A stretch of 64,000 nucleotides of DNA from Marsupella aquatica (lineage: Eukaryota; Plantae; Marchantiophyta), in the NCBI GenBank assembly GCA_973895155.1, contig OZ316892.1, forward strand, positions 6,252,847-6,316,846. Direction: 5' to 3'. The notes below the pieces were generated by a model that ran no database searches, was not told the DNA's origin, and saw only the letters and a list, made by a program, of their open reading frames with translations. This document shows, piece after piece, positions 23,301 through 37,479 of the stretch (positions are counted from its first letter, which is position 1; each line of letters starts with the position of its first letter). Both the position numbers and the translations under genes were made by a program.

Positions 23301-26300
23301 ATTGAGACAGGAGTCAAACCAGGAATCCACGTTCTCTGAGGTACTTGACAGCAGCGAAAATCTCAGCCTCTTTAAACCGTTGGACAGCCTCTACCACGGT
23401 TCCAGACAGCTGAGCCTCCTCGCCACTGTTTAGCAAAATCAGTTTGACTAGTTCCACTGCATTTGCAACAGCTACCGAGTCTCGCACAAGCTGTTCATTG
23501 GTTAACATCTGGACTTCTGTTGACCTTCGCAGCGAATTCAAGATGCGTTTGCGGACCCTACGAGTAGGACCAGCTGCAGCCAGAGCTCGGCCAGGCAGTT
23601 GACCATTGATGCGTTGAGCTGTGTCCTCGTCAAGCAACGAGGCATTCTGAGCAAAGGGAGTAAGAGCGTTCACCGCAAGCCGTGAAAGTGCAGATACCTG
23701 TGAAACGCTAGCCCCAGCTGCCGCAATAGCTTCAAGGTTTCTAGGTAGCTTGCCATCTCTGTGTACAATAGAATCACTAGGCGCACTTTCCCCAGACTTA
23801 TCCACTAAATGAGAACCTTCACTATTTGACGCAGCCACGGCTACTGGGTTGGGAGCCTTTAAAAGTCTACTTCTCCACGCGCCTCCACGAGCACTGTTAT
23901 TTGCTTTCACAGCTGCCCTACATCTTATCACTTCATCAAGTGCTGCTGCAAGAAAAGGCTCCCTCATATCATCCCAGCTATACTCCGGGGCAGTATTGGT
24001 ACCAGAGAGTCCCTCCTTTATAGCTGGCTGCACATTTGCGTCGTTGTAGGCTCCTAGCCGCCTGTCATATGGAACTTCTTCAAAGTTCGTAGGTAAGTAT
24101 TGCTTATCTGCAACAGACGTAGCCTCCAAACCAGGCAAAGAGGAGGGCGCGTCTTTAGCAGCACTACTGCTACTAAGAGATTGAGTATGATGGATGTATC
24201 GAAGTGTCAATAGAGAGCACAAACTCATCAATGCTTTTCGCACCCCAAGGTCTAGTCTCAATTGAGCCATTCTCCTTCGACATGCCACCGGTGGCGCAGG
24301 AAGCCCTGACATCAGGTACCAATCTACTCTATGATATAATGCACCCAACTGAGCACGTTGCCTGGCATAGGCAGCAATCAAGAGCCTGTGTATCCAGCAG
24401 CAGAAAGCAAATAGTACTGATCAGAATTCCTAATAACGTTATCCTCCAAGAACCTGAGCGAGTAAAACAACAGTAACGATAAAGTATTTCAAGTATATAC
24501 ATATTCCACATATCTTACCGGTCCAAGTGCTCTGACCACTGAAATCTCCTTGACCGAGGGCGAGAGGGTTTCATGCTGCCCACAAAACTGAAGTCATGCA
24601 TGGGCTGTCCACCGATGCTAAGACCCTCTTGGTCATCGTCATCATCATCCTCGTCTTCCTGAGCCTTCCTGACATCATCTATAACTGGCACATCGGATCG
24701 GACACTTTCAGGCCCGACTACCTTTTCCACCCCATCACGGTCTCGTCGCTGCTTCTTGTAAGCCTTCACATGAGAAGGCTCGCCAAAATCTCCAGAAAAA
24801 ATGCTTCTCTTCCTCAAAAGCTGCCCTCCTTTTTGTAACGTTTGAAGGCGGTAGACTCGATTCTTTTCGTAAGAAACTCTTAGAACCTACAAGTCATCCC
24901 AACAGCAACCCACATTCTTGTTTGATACACCGTTCAAAAACATCTGCTTCCAAACAGGAAGAAACCGATATCTGAGACAGGTCCACTGTGCGAAAACTCA
25001 TTTTGGACTCAGAAAACAGTGATCGCATTCACCAAGACATTCACCAAAAAACTTAGATATCATGCTATTCGATGATGGGATTCAGATATTCGAACTAAGT
25101 AGGACAGGACTCAAATATCAACTCATAGGTCACACTCATGGCTCAACAAGAACAAGAATACGTTGGACATTTACATATCAAAGAACCCTTTACACATTCA
25201 TTGTACCAGGTTAAGGCAAAGGTCAATTTCACATACTTGTTGTAAGCTCAAATTCAATTCCTTGGCGATTTTGACACATTCATGCCATGGTCTTCGTTTC
25301 TCAATACCTCCATCACTGACCCTTTTTATCAGCTCTGTACGCTGCTCAAGGGTCATCAACTTGAGCGTCGCCCAAGAGCGCAAACCAAATAGCTGCAAAT
25401 AGAAAGCAACATAATTAAATATAAACTTAAGTTCAGAGCGAGATCTTGAATTTTTTAGAGATAATACATGAATTGCTGTTTTGACACTATATTTAGCCAA
25501 AAGTGGTAATTTCACTGAGCAGTTCCATCAACAGATACGAACCTCAGGTACATTGGAGCCTGGAAAGGCACATCGAGCAACGACAGGTAGTGCACCAGAA
25601 TAAAAATACTCCAAGTTTTGCCAATAAGCATCCAACCCATCCTTGTTGACAATGCTGAACTCATGTCTGGCACGAGGAGATAGATCGTAAGTATCTAGGT
25701 TCATTGAAGGAAGTGGATGAGGCGCTGGCTCTTCAAGATAAGGTTCTCTTTCCATTGCATATGTCAGTACTGCTGAAAGTGAGGATTTCCCAAGGTCTTC
25801 TTGATCCAATGGTGCTGCTGGCCCAAAACCCATCACAAGCCTGACCAACTGAAGACAAAAAGAACGTTTAGAATAGCCAGTCTATGGCCATTGTACCCGA
25901 CTGAGATGGTAAACAAAACCCCAGTTCCTAAGAAATGCATAAACTGGGAAATCCTTTGCTCCGGGGCCACAGTAATTAGCACTAGGCATTAGTCCAATAA
26001 GCACGTCATCAGAAAGAAATGTGAAACTTAAAATGCACAATTATAGGTACCTTCAATCTCCGGAGAACGTCAACAAGCCAAGAAAGTCGTCCAGTTGCGT
26101 TTGAGTCGAGCAGGGTTAAAACGTCTTCCTTTGGCAGATCATTTAAGCACAGCCCCTGCTTACACCACTCTCCGACATTCTCGATTTTGTCAAGTGATCC
26201 GATAACTTGAAGGAATAGCTCCAAAGGCATTGCCTGAACAGCGTTTGCAAGGCCAAATATCTTGCAGCTACCCACCATTTCCCCAGAACCGCCAGAGCCA

Positions 26301-29300
26301 TCAGGTACGTAACCACGGTCTTCAGGGAGACTGTTCACGTAGCCCCACAAGAAGTAATGCAGCAAGCGGACACGGACCATCTTTGCAGGAATGAATCCAT
26401 TAGCTTGCATTGATCGACCGTTTTCATTTTGCTTGTCAAATTTTGTGACTTTCCTCCCTGGTCCAGTATGCATCCTTGGTACACCTGTAAGAACTGGGAC
26501 ACTACCTTTTGCCTTAACACGAGACACACCATGACCTCGGGACATCATATCAAACTTCCTCACTTGCTCATGAATTTTGCTGAGGAGCTCCGGATCGATG
26601 ACCAGAGACGGAAGTAGTACAACCTCAGTTGTACGTTGTCGTCCACAGTTCGTTAAACCAGGCATACTAAGCATAACACACTTGCAATGGCCACTGGCCT
26701 GAAGACCTTGAAGCATGCGTGATAGTGTCTTGCGATCCATCATAATGTTCTTACGGTTTTCGACTTCCTCCAACCATCTGTGAAGCTCAACCCGCAGGAC
26801 AAACTTCTCCGCCTGCAAATAATAAGGTGCAGTTGTGCCCAAAAGACGGTAACTTCAGTGCCATGCATCTCTAAGCAAATCTTCATGATTAATCTGTAAA
26901 ATATTTGGCTACGGAATTCGTCTTTAAGAAGAGAAACGTTTAAACCACAACAATCAAAACAATTTGAACAAGGCACCGACACATCGCAGTACAAACATTT
27001 GCCAAAAACCGAAGGAATCCTCTTTGACAGCGAAACCCACACAGTGATCAGATACTCAGTAAACTGACACTGCTTATCAACGAAGGTCCATTATACAAAG
27101 TCCAAGACACTTTCTTAATAAGCTTGCAAACTATATTAAGCCACAAAAGGGAAATTCTACAAATAAACGTGTAGTCTAAAGGCGCAGGAAGGTATGAGGT
27201 GGTCAATAACAGTTTTAATTTCTGAAAAAGAACCCTTTTCAAGAGTTTACACCACATCAACATGAGAATGGAGGCCTTACCTGAAGCTTTTCCAAAATGC
27301 GCTTTTCCCTTTGGGCACGCGTAGTTGACATGGGAATGTTTGAACCGAGAGGACTTTCCAGCTCCTTGAATTCACGTGGGATGAAGGAGATTGGAAGTGG
27401 AGATTCTGTCTGAAGTAAATGGTTCTCCAAAGTTGGCGTGCTGAAAGGTACAATAGCACCTGAGTCTGTCCATTCTGGCTCCACCTTCATCTCAATTTCA
27501 GGAAGCTGATCCAGTGCCGTTTCCATTCCGTCGTGCAATGATTCGGACTGCTTGGTTTTTCCTTTTGACAGCCGTGCTTGCTGTAACGCTTTGCGAGCAC
27601 TCCCTTTTGCTCTTCTCCGAGGCACAGATCCATCATTCAAGCTTGAAGTCTGAGGGGGCATAATTTCTTCACATTCCTCATTCAGGCCCGACTCCGGTGG
27701 TGGCACAGTCTCTCCAAATGGCATAACTTTTGGTCCTTCGTAAGATCCAAAGCCTGAGACTTCTGCGAAGCCATTGACGTTTCTCGCTGTTTTCAAGCGG
27801 TAAAGAGTTGACCTCTTGTGATTTTCAGCTTCAGACACCAGTAAGTTTCGTTCCAACATTGTCGAAATACGATAGTAATTGCGCTTGTTTTGTAAACCCA
27901 GGCTATTAAACACCTGCATAAACCTTGCCACAGCCGGGGACTTGCTCAGGAACAATTTAAGTAATGGTTGCATAGCACACTGAACTAGATTCAAATAAAA
28001 CAAAACCATGAAATGATATCAATACTTCTGTAATATGATTAATGAAAGAACACCGAATTCACCTGTTATCGATGAATATCTGAGCAGAATATGTGATGAG
28101 AGAGAAATGTACCTCTATCATCTGCACACCCTCTAAACCAGAGCGATCAATTAGATTGTAAATCTGCTGATCAATGGGTAATTCTGTCACCAGATCTGTA
28201 ACTTGGCCACGTTTGGCACACTTCAAAGGCGGCTCACTCTCTGCCTCGTCATTGCTAGCTTTGAAGGCTTTTGAATCAAACGACTTCACCAAACGAATAC
28301 ATGGCCGAACCTGCGAGGCCGCGCAATAATTAGATGTCCGGACCCGACGATATTTCCAAACAAACCTCGAGTTGCCTCACGGCGAGCTTTCAGAACTCCT
28401 ATATTCTTACAATTTGATTTGAGTCAATCCATATACCTTTTTGATGGGCATACCAATAGAATTCTAGTAAACCCTAAACCCTAAACAAATCATCACTGTG
28501 AGAACTGAAAGTTGGCAAAACAGACAAGTCTAAAGGCCACTTGTTATAGCTGACCGTTACAAATAATATTATTTTCTAGAGTTCCCTGCTCACCTTGTGT
28601 TCGATTTGAGCACTGAGAATTTCCACCAAGCCAGCATCTTGCAGTCTTTTCACCAGCTGCTTGAACAATTATGAAAATGCAAACTTCAGGATAAACAGGA
28701 CATAAACCCCAGTCCTGAACTGCAATTCCGTCTTAAACTTAGGTGCTGAAAATTTGTTTCAATAGACCGCCCATGAAATGCAAGCCAACAAGAGTGGTAG
28801 TAACGTTCTCCTATGTCATCGCTGCACGTCTATTTCCCTGAAGAGAATTGTGCAGCTCACCATCTCACCACCTAAATTCATAGAATATCACCCAAGACAT
28901 ACCCTGCGCCAGGTGCGATGCCCCACTGCCAGACGATATCCCAAACTAGTTTTCAGGTCGGAAACGACCAGCACCTTCACAACAGCGTCAACCAAAGAAA
29001 CACATTTACTATAAGAAATGGTCAATAAAGCATCAATAATTTCACAAAACTCAACCACTTTGCACTACACAGAAAGTTACGAGATCTGATCCATCCATAT
29101 TTCAGCTTATGGGAGTATTAACATCCAGTGCACTCAAAGAAACAGAATAGCCGTGGTCCGTAGGGAACCTCCAATTACCCTGAAACTGTGCTCGAGCTGA
29201 AATTAAACGTCAACATAACAAATGAGAAAATACCTTGCCTTCTGTCTCCTCGAGCTTTTGACAGACAGCCTGCATAGCTGGCAAGTCGTCCTTTATAATG

Positions 29301-30582
29301 AACTCCCTCTCCTTAGATACCGAACCTTCATCTTCATCTCTACTCTCACGAACAGACTTTGGACCATCCCGTCCAGTATCTTTAGACGGACTGAAAATCT
29401 CGAATCGCTGATGGGACGACAACGTGAGATCTTTCGCATATCGAGTAAGGTGGAGAAGATTGGTTGCCACAATGGGAATATGTCTACTTCGTTCCGAGTT
29501 TACGTCAACAGTCCGCACAAGAGTAGCCTGCCGCACAACTAAGCCTCTGACCTCCAGCATTTTGACAAGATAAAACATTTTATTTCCAGGAATTTTGAAT
29601 TCTTTCGCAAGCTGACTCTGCGTGATCCCCTTACTCCTGCAAAGGACAATCAGGTTACAGATGCCCCTTTCTCAGGGAAAGACAAACACAATTCAATATA
29701 CGTCACATCCACACAGTAATTCCCAAACCAAACGTGAGAAACCCTGAACCCGTATGCACCTAGTAATCGAAAGGTCATGTCCTTAGAGGACTGAGTATAA
29801 ACGAATGCAGTGGATGCAGTAGGGTTTAGAAATTTTCAGAAATTGCTTGAAAGGATTTACGTTGACGATGTCTGAGTATTGATTGTAAGGCAGAGGTGGC
29901 AGACCTGGACTTCGCGATGCGTTCCAATACGTTTCGTTGTTCCTTGGATAGGCGAGCGTCACAGACCCGTAAGTCATACATCCCCAACGAGCTTTCTCTT
30001 AAACTTTCCGGGGCCACAAGCTGTAACCCTAGCTTCTCAGCCTTATCCACGTCCTGTATGCTCGGATCCGAATTGGCGACACCGACTGAACTCGGCAGCG
30101 AAAGGAGCATCCCGGGCACATTGATAAGCGCCTGCCAAAGAAGCTGCATCGCTCGCCTGTTTGAAATCGTTTCTGCTGCAATGCCAGCAGAACTCTGCAA
30201 AAGGGTCCAGAGCTTCGGCAGAGTGCATCCTGCATTGCATACATTTCGAAGGGAACACGAGCGCTGAGATTAGTCGTCGATTTCTAACTCACCAGCTCCT
30301 CTCTGACATGTTAGAGCCTTTAATGGCACCTGTGGCTCCTCTCTTACAGCAGGCCAGCCGTTCAGACTATGTTCTTCTACTCCCCGGAGATGGATAATAA
30401 AACTGTGACCAAGAATGTACTTAGGCAAACAGCCGACAAACCGAAATTTCAGTCAAAGTTACCCCTAAGAGACTAGACAGTTCATACATATGACAACTTT
30501 CCACAAGTCTCCGAAAGGTAATAATACCTTGAGTTCCTTCCACTGCTACTTCTTGCAATGCAGCCGAAAGAAGCACGTCCAT
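20361..30582 (-). CDS. GTF3C1: Transcription factor IIIC large (B-block-binding) subunit, GTF3C1/Tfc3 family, multi-exon
   Basis: Starts MDVLLSAALQEVAVEGTQG|CTLPKLW. Contains the B-block domain (LERIAKSR|SKGITQSQLAKEF...FYLVKMLEVRGLVVRQ), ELPIDQQIYNLIDRSGLEG, MDRKTLSRML, NGFIPAKMVRVRLLH, AMPLELFLQVIGS, RFQWSEHLDR and VELVKLILL, and ends KHYFVNPLADLLL*. The introns checked are GT-AG. Confidence 0.93.
28468..28486. repeat. Interstitial telomere-like/telo-box repeat (AAACCCT) in a TFIIIC intron
   Basis: taaaccctaaaccctaaac. Confidence 0.6.
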
Positions 30583-33186
30583 TTTTTCCAGAAACTTCTC
30601 AATTTCCACCCAGGGGAACGTCAGTAGCCCTAAACCTGTCACGGACGGAAATCAGACAGCAATTCCCGAGTGAAGTAAGGGCTCTCGCTAGCAAAATTGT
30701 CGTCCGTCCATCTGCAGGGAGAAACCGCATCGGACAGGGAAAGAAACCGGGCAAGATTCTTGATTTGTTTCAGTTGATTGTTAGACCATGATAACCCGGA
30801 GCCCCGATTGCCGCAGACACCTTCAAGTGAACTGCCCGAGCCCATCGTTGTAGGAATTTCACAAAGCCCCTGCACAGACAGAGTTTTTGTAAAGCGACTC
30901 TTTCTGCGCTGAGCTACGTACTAGCGAAAGAAGACGAGACAGAGTGTGAGAGAGAGCTAAGAGTTTCTTTGAGGGAGCTTGCTTCGGCCTAGTTGCAAAC
31001 GACTTGAACTAGACAGGATGATAATTCTTAATCCGGCTAATGAGAAGATTGTTGTCCGGTGCTCTAACAAAATGCGTCAACCTACTCCTCTCTCTCGTTG
31101 CGAACGAATTGACGAATCAAACGGGCGCTCCGGAAAGAGTGCGTGAGAGAAGGAGAGAGAGGGAGCACGACGAAAGGCAGCGCTCCTGCACCAACGCTAC
31201 CGGAGAAGGTCGGAGGCGAGGAACGGGCCGGGCCTTGGCAGGGACAGCACAGCCCATACTGGCATACTTTACTCTAGAGCCCGCACGAGGAGCACGGCGG
31301 AGCGGGGCGAGCACGTGTGGCTGGGGGTTCTGCTGCCGGAGGCACACGCCGGGAGACTGTCACCTCGCTCGGACACGCGATATCCCGGTGTGTCAACCGT
31401 CGAGTCGTTGTGGTTCGAGCCATCTTCTCCCGAGCCCGCGACCGATTGGACTTTCCAATTTATAGTAGCTTCGAACGAAACGCAACGCGACGTAACGCAA
31501 TAATTATACAACACGACACGACACAACTGCAACGCAACTTATTTATTATTAGTATACTCTACGAAGGAAGGGTGACGGCGTCGCCATTTCCTCCCGTCCG
31601 ACCTCCCTTTTGTTAGAGCGATTTGACGAAGGGAGGAGGGAGGAGGAAGATTGGGGGCGAGACCGAAAGAACAGACGAGAGATTGAGGCGAACAAGCGAG
31701 AATTGATTGGGAGGAGGAGCGAAGGGAGGCGAGAAAGTACAGACACGAACGAAAGAGAGCGAGAGAGCGAGACATTTTGAAGCAGAAGGAGAGTTGTAGT
31801 TCGCGGCGCTGGAGGGATGACATATGAGATCTGCTCGCAATCGTTGCGGACGATTGGAGCAGCTTGCGGAGGCGGTGGTGTGGTCAGTGGTGCTGCGACG
31901 AAATGTAGCAGGGCCGCCGTCGCAGATTGCTTCTCGTCTCGGTGAGTGATCTTTTAGTTGATTTGAATTCCTTTGATTGATTTGTTTGTGAGGTGTTTTG
32001 AGGATGCGAAGGTCGACGTATAGGAGGATTGGCGGTCCTCGACGCGGTAGTTGAGTTGGCCACTTCCGCTTTAGGGGGGACTTGAGGTATAAGGAGGGCG
32101 ACAATAATAGTAGAGGAAGACGGAGTAGGTGAGGCTACGAGAAGGATGGAGGGATTAGATGAAGATGACGAGGAAGAGGACGGAGAATGTAGAGATGCCA
32201 AGAGTACAATTGAGCGTACCAGAATGGAATGATGAAAATCGAATATGTTACGTTTCCTTCTGGTTCGGCGAAGTTAGTATCGATGTTGATTCTTGAGCTT
32301 CAGTCGTTCGTTTTGCCTTTCCTATTTCTCCCGACAGTTTCCCTTCCCTGGCCCGGTACGTCCTTCCTCCGGCGGTTTTCTGACTACGGTAGTTCTGGAA
32401 ATTCTCAACGATTTCTTCTTGGCGGACTTTTGAATGCACTCGTCCTCTTAACCGTCATCGTTTGGGCGGGGCGGACACTCCACACGGTAGGTTTCTTCTG
32501 ATAACCGAGTATGGAGCTAAGGATAGATGGTATTGCGCGAGTAGGAAAACTCAAAAGCTACAACCTGGCAAAATAATGCGAAAGCGAAAATGTCCGTGAC
32601 ATCACCAAAAAGGTGGCCCCGGAGAGAGCGCTCATCCTCAGCTTCGTGAAAGCTCGAGGCAACGGCGCTGATTTGGACTGAGTACCGAGTCTCGCGTCCT
32701 AAATTATCGATTCACATTGTCCGGGAACAGGTGAAATGTTTGAATGAACGAAAGCTGTCACGGAGATTTGCCTGCAATTCAGCAGCTAGAATTGAAAAGA
32801 CTATTTCAAGCTGTACACCGTACATGTAGAGAGTATCCCTACTTCAGGGACAGTAGTGCAGCTCACGTTGGAGCGGTTGAGTCGCCGTGCAAGCTTGCTA
32901 GTCTGCCACTGGTAATTGAAACAGAGAGCTACATAGCTAGGTAGAGACAAATGTGGGGGCAGGGAAAGGAGAGGGAAGGATTGCAATCCAAGCAATTACT
33001 CTAGTTGAATCCCGTTACGAAGTTGGAAACCACTTTACTGTCTTCGGTCACTACCTTCTAGATCATGTGTTGAATTCAGCTTCCGACATGGTTTCCGGAG
33101 TTGCGCTGCTCATTTCTTGCAACGATTTCCTGGTTTGATTGATAATTGGTTCGGCTTTCGGTTACAGATAAAAGTGTCATGGTCCG

Positions 33187-34020
33187 ATGGCGTTGAACAC
33201 CGCGTACCGCTGAACGCCGAAACGTTTTCAATGGATGGACATATGCTTACGTTGATACAGAGTCAAGAGCGAGGCAGGCTTCTGACGTTGCTTGGTTTTG
33301 CTGAACAGGAAATCATGGATTCCTCCTACCCATGGGCATTTTGGGATTTGGAAGTCGCCGCAGAAGTTTCATCATGGTGGAGCTCAGTTCTGTAAACACG
33401 CACCTTTGAGGCCGAGGGCGAGCACTAGTCCTGTTACAAGCAACAGCGTTGGGAATTTTGAGGCGCTCACTTGCACCCAGGATCGCTTGCCGGAGAGGCC
33501 ATGCGCTCAACAATCTGCTGGACCTGGAAGTAGTACGCTCGAGAATTGGCTTGAGAGATATCTAACCGAGATTGTCACACATCTCTCGGAAGCACCTTTC
33601 CTGCAATTCGTTCCAGAGTACAACAGCATTGGCAGTGAACGACACAGAGTTTCAGAGGAGTTGTTCGAGAAGCCTGAAATTTGGACATCTGTGAAGGAGT
33701 GTCTTCTCGAGTCAGCTCCTGATGGAGTCATTCTGGTGCACCGATTGGATCAAGAGGCCCTCTCCGAATGCTGCATGAGTGACGTAAAAGCCAATGAGGA
33801 GTTGTCACGACCAGGCACAGCCTTACAAGCCGGAGGTTCCAGCACAGATGTCTGGGGAGTCCTTGTGCATGGCTGCAAGACTCGGTGTAACGCTTGCTAC
33901 GTCTTGAAGACCACTCGAGTCCAGTCTTCTACTGGGATACTGACTCACTTCTGTCTTTCTCGAGCCAAATGCTTTGGACCTTCCCTCAGATCTCAGCTGC
34001 AAAGCACCTGGCTCTTGTGA
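33187..34020 (+). CDS. Plant-specific uncharacterised protein (DUF7804-like) with probable N-terminal transit peptide
   Basis: The main ORF has no early ATG. Mini-exon 33187-33203 (MALNTA, GC|gtaccg) splices in phase to 33309 (ctgaacag|G). Motifs LENWL..EIV.HLSEAPFL, WGVLVHG and CYVLKTTRV...THFCL.RAKCFG fit the family as recalled. Confidence 0.75.
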
Positions 34021-34559
34021 TTTATTTGTAAATCATACATCACATTTCCTGGCTAGCTCTTAGATGGCGAAAGCAAAGCTTTGTAGATAACATTGATGCG
34101 TACAAATTGTAGCGAAGAAAGGGAGGTACCTGTTTCATATGAATCCCCTGTGACAGAAAATCAAGCATTCTTTCTTTAGAAAACAAAGTCCTTTGTAATA
34201 CAGGCGAATGCTGTCATGTTTGCCTGCTCTCCTACGGCCCAATCTGAAAGAAATGATAGTGGGCTTGTGTAAATGAGTGGTTCTGAGCCAAGAACCGCTG
34301 TTGACACTGACGGGAATAAATTTTGATTGTCGTGATACCATACACCCGATTCTATTGCAATGCGTCGGAAATTGGGTTCCTTTCTCAGACGGTGAACGAC
34401 TCAACTCAGGTCTAAATGAACATTGGTGGAGTGGACAATAGAGAGATAATAGGACGTACAAAAGCTTTTCTACTCCCATATTGCGTACTCTGTAGAAATC
34501 CGTGTACAGGTAATTAATACTACGCGATAAATTAGAGCTACCATATTGCATGAACACGA

Positions 34560-34900
34560 AACGTAATTTCTGTACATTATGCCATTACTTGTGTGTAACG
34601 ATGCCATTACTGGTGACATTTCCACAAGTACCTGCTATTCTCATAATCTATTGCCCCATAAACACAACACAAAACTGAATGTAACCATTTCCATAACTAC
34701 TATTCCCATAATCTATTGCCCTATATTGTAGGGACACAACACAATCTTAATTTATGTACAGAAATGCCCATAATTGGTCTGTGACCATTTCCAGAGGTAC
34801 CTGGTATTAACATAATAAGTGTGTAACCAGTTCCAGAGCTACCTGGTATTACCATATTCAGTGTCTACATGCTATTCCCATAATCTATTGCCCAAAAATA
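34560..34900. repeat. Degenerate tandem repeats (ctattcccataatctattgccc; ccatttccagaggtacctggtatt)
   Basis: Three or more copies of each motif, interleaved. Confidence 0.7.
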
Positions 34901-37479
34901 ACCTTGTTCTGTGACAGTAGCTAAGTGTTTTAGCCTGAACCCTGTGCAGTGGATCACTAGACTACTGAGTCAAGAATAGCCAGTGAGGGTAAACTTGGCC
35001 AGGGTAAGGCGGAGCCAATAGTGCCTCGCCACGTGTTAGTCCACCAATGAGAAATCACCCTGGCCGGGTTAACTAAAATTGTTAATGTAACACATGTATT
35101 CAAGATGAGGGGCAACCTAGCAATTAAAATAATTTTGGGGCTAGGTTAAAAATTAAGCTGAGTTTGGGGGACAGGTTAGTAAAAAGCTGTCTCCTTAAAT
35201 GCTTTGGGTTCTCATGTAAACTCGCTCCTTGTTGTTTTTTCTTCTATTGTTCAGACCATGGCAATCGCTTTCTCCATTCTTCGTTGGGGTGCTGTGTCGA
35301 CCGGACAAGTATTCTGGATTTATGAAGAGACTACTCCAGGAATCCTTTAATATTTTTCTCAGGACTATTTAGTCTGTTATCCGGGGAGCCTGATGCATCT
35401 CCTTTTCCCTCTCCCATTGTCTGATGCCCATTCATCTATCATTCCCGGTCACTCTTGGACTTGGTCTCTTCGGCATCATTTCCCGTCTTGGATGCATGGC
35501 TGCTCCTATACAATCATGGCTCATCAGTACTAATGAATAAGAACAAAGATTCCATTCTTATTCTGAGGTGGGTTCTCTATCTTGCCATGGCCCTTCCCAG
35601 GATCATGGTGCACTAGCACAGTTTGATATATCTGACTGACCTCACTCATCATCCCCAAGATACGTGTGGCAGATGCAATGGTAGGAGACATAGGCAGGAG
35701 GATATCTCTTGCAATATTGGGATAGTTAGGGAACTGGGAGGCCCCGGCGCTCTGATTTGAGTTTTCTTCTGGTCTGGATTTGTGGACATCCTTTGGAGCT
35801 GCAGTGCAGATGGTGGTGTGGAGGATGTGGGTGGCAATTTTGGATGGGCAACCTTTGGAGAATGGGGATAGCGGGGAGCTTTGGCTGTTTCTAGCAGGAT
35901 TACTGACTATGATAGTGACCCTTGTTGCTTCTTCCTTTTGTGACTCTCTTGCCCTCTAGGATCAGTTAAGGTGGCGGTCTTCCGATTTCTGGGGTCATCC
36001 TCTCCTATCTACTCTGCCTCCTCCCAATAGGCGGACTGGATTGGTTTGGCCCTCGCTCTTCTCTCTTGGGGTGCTCCTCTCCTAGCCCCCCTTCTTTTTG
36101 GTTCATTTGGTCTTTTCCCCGGCTCCTCCTCTCAGACGAGCGCCTTGTTGTTTTCCAACAATGAATAAAGGCTTTCTTTCCAAAAACAAAAAAACTCCAA
36201 AAAGTAGTCGCAGAGGTGACCACACAATCCAGTGACTTTAAATGAGACACTATGTCGGGATTGCGACTGGCTTGATATCCCCCAAAGTTTAGTCACAAGG
36301 AGTCAAATGGCAGTCCTAAAACCTAGTCATATAATGGGGGGTTTTCTAGTTGTGTCATTAGAAAGGAGGTTTGAGCACATTGAGTTTTAGCCTGAACCCT
36401 GCTTGCGGAAACCTCAAAAAAGCTTCCTGGAAAGTAACCTTCTCCCTGACAGCAATTAAGTATTATAAAGGAGGTCTGGGCAGGGGTTCTGGTCTGAATT
36501 CTGCTCCTAGAAAAGCTTTCCGGCTGTCACTAGTCAACTTTTCCTCACGTTCATAGGTTTATAGGCTAGCTAGTAACCCCAGCCCAGACCACCATTGTCC
36601 TATACAAGACCAATTCTTTGGAGTCACTAGGCCATTGTAGTGCCAGAACACAAACTCAGTTTGTGGGCCATTTGTTTGCTCAACAATTGTACTAGGGGGA
36701 AACACAAACCAGGCCACACTTTTGAGCCACTTGGTTTGCAGGCCATTGTTTGCTCAACAACCTCTACTTGATGTGTCATTTGACTGAAAGTAATGGCATT
36801 CCCACAAGTAGCTGGGAATGCGGGCCCATCCATGATATTAGGTGACTGCCCCAACAAGCCCTGCAAAATAAACCAAAAAACAATTATATTTAGTGTGAGG
36901 AAAAGAGTGACAATGTTTTCCAAGCAAGAAAAGAGAGCTGCCAAATGATGGACAAGAATCAAGTCACCATCCATGCATATAAATTGCTCCTCCCTTTAAC
37001 TCCCTGATTGTCCCTTTACAAACTAATAAAAATGGGAACCAATCTTGATCCTTTATCAAAACATTGTTTTTAAACATCTTAGATCTATCCATACACACCA
37101 TCTAAAAGAAATGTCTGCCCAAGCTACCCTTTAGCCTGCCCGTTTTGCCCAAGATAAGAAAATAGTTCATTAGAAAATAAATATCTTTATTTATATTTAA
37201 ATTAGAATTTTGTGAAAAACTTGGAAATTTTGAAAAACTTTGAATATAAATAGAATATAAAATATATATCTCTTTGAAAATTAAAAATTAAAAACTGTAT
37301 TTTTTCCTGTAACTTGATTGTGTTTAGACTATATGATGTGGTGGCCGCTATCTAACTTCTCAACTTTCTATGTGCAATGCAAGAGCTATTGAACACAACT
37401 ACAAAAATGTATGCTAGGGATCACAAATAACATTATGTCTATCAGAATACATTGCAAAGTTCATAATTTTTTTGCCTCA

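Noticed and set aside
31613-32201. 163-aa and 105-aa minus-strand ORFs
   Set aside because: Non-ATG starts and low-complexity translation of GA/CT-rich leader or promoter DNA.
35200-36980. Degraded LINE ORF1 or transposase fragments
   Set aside because: No diagnostic motif in any frame examined; cannot be called without a search.
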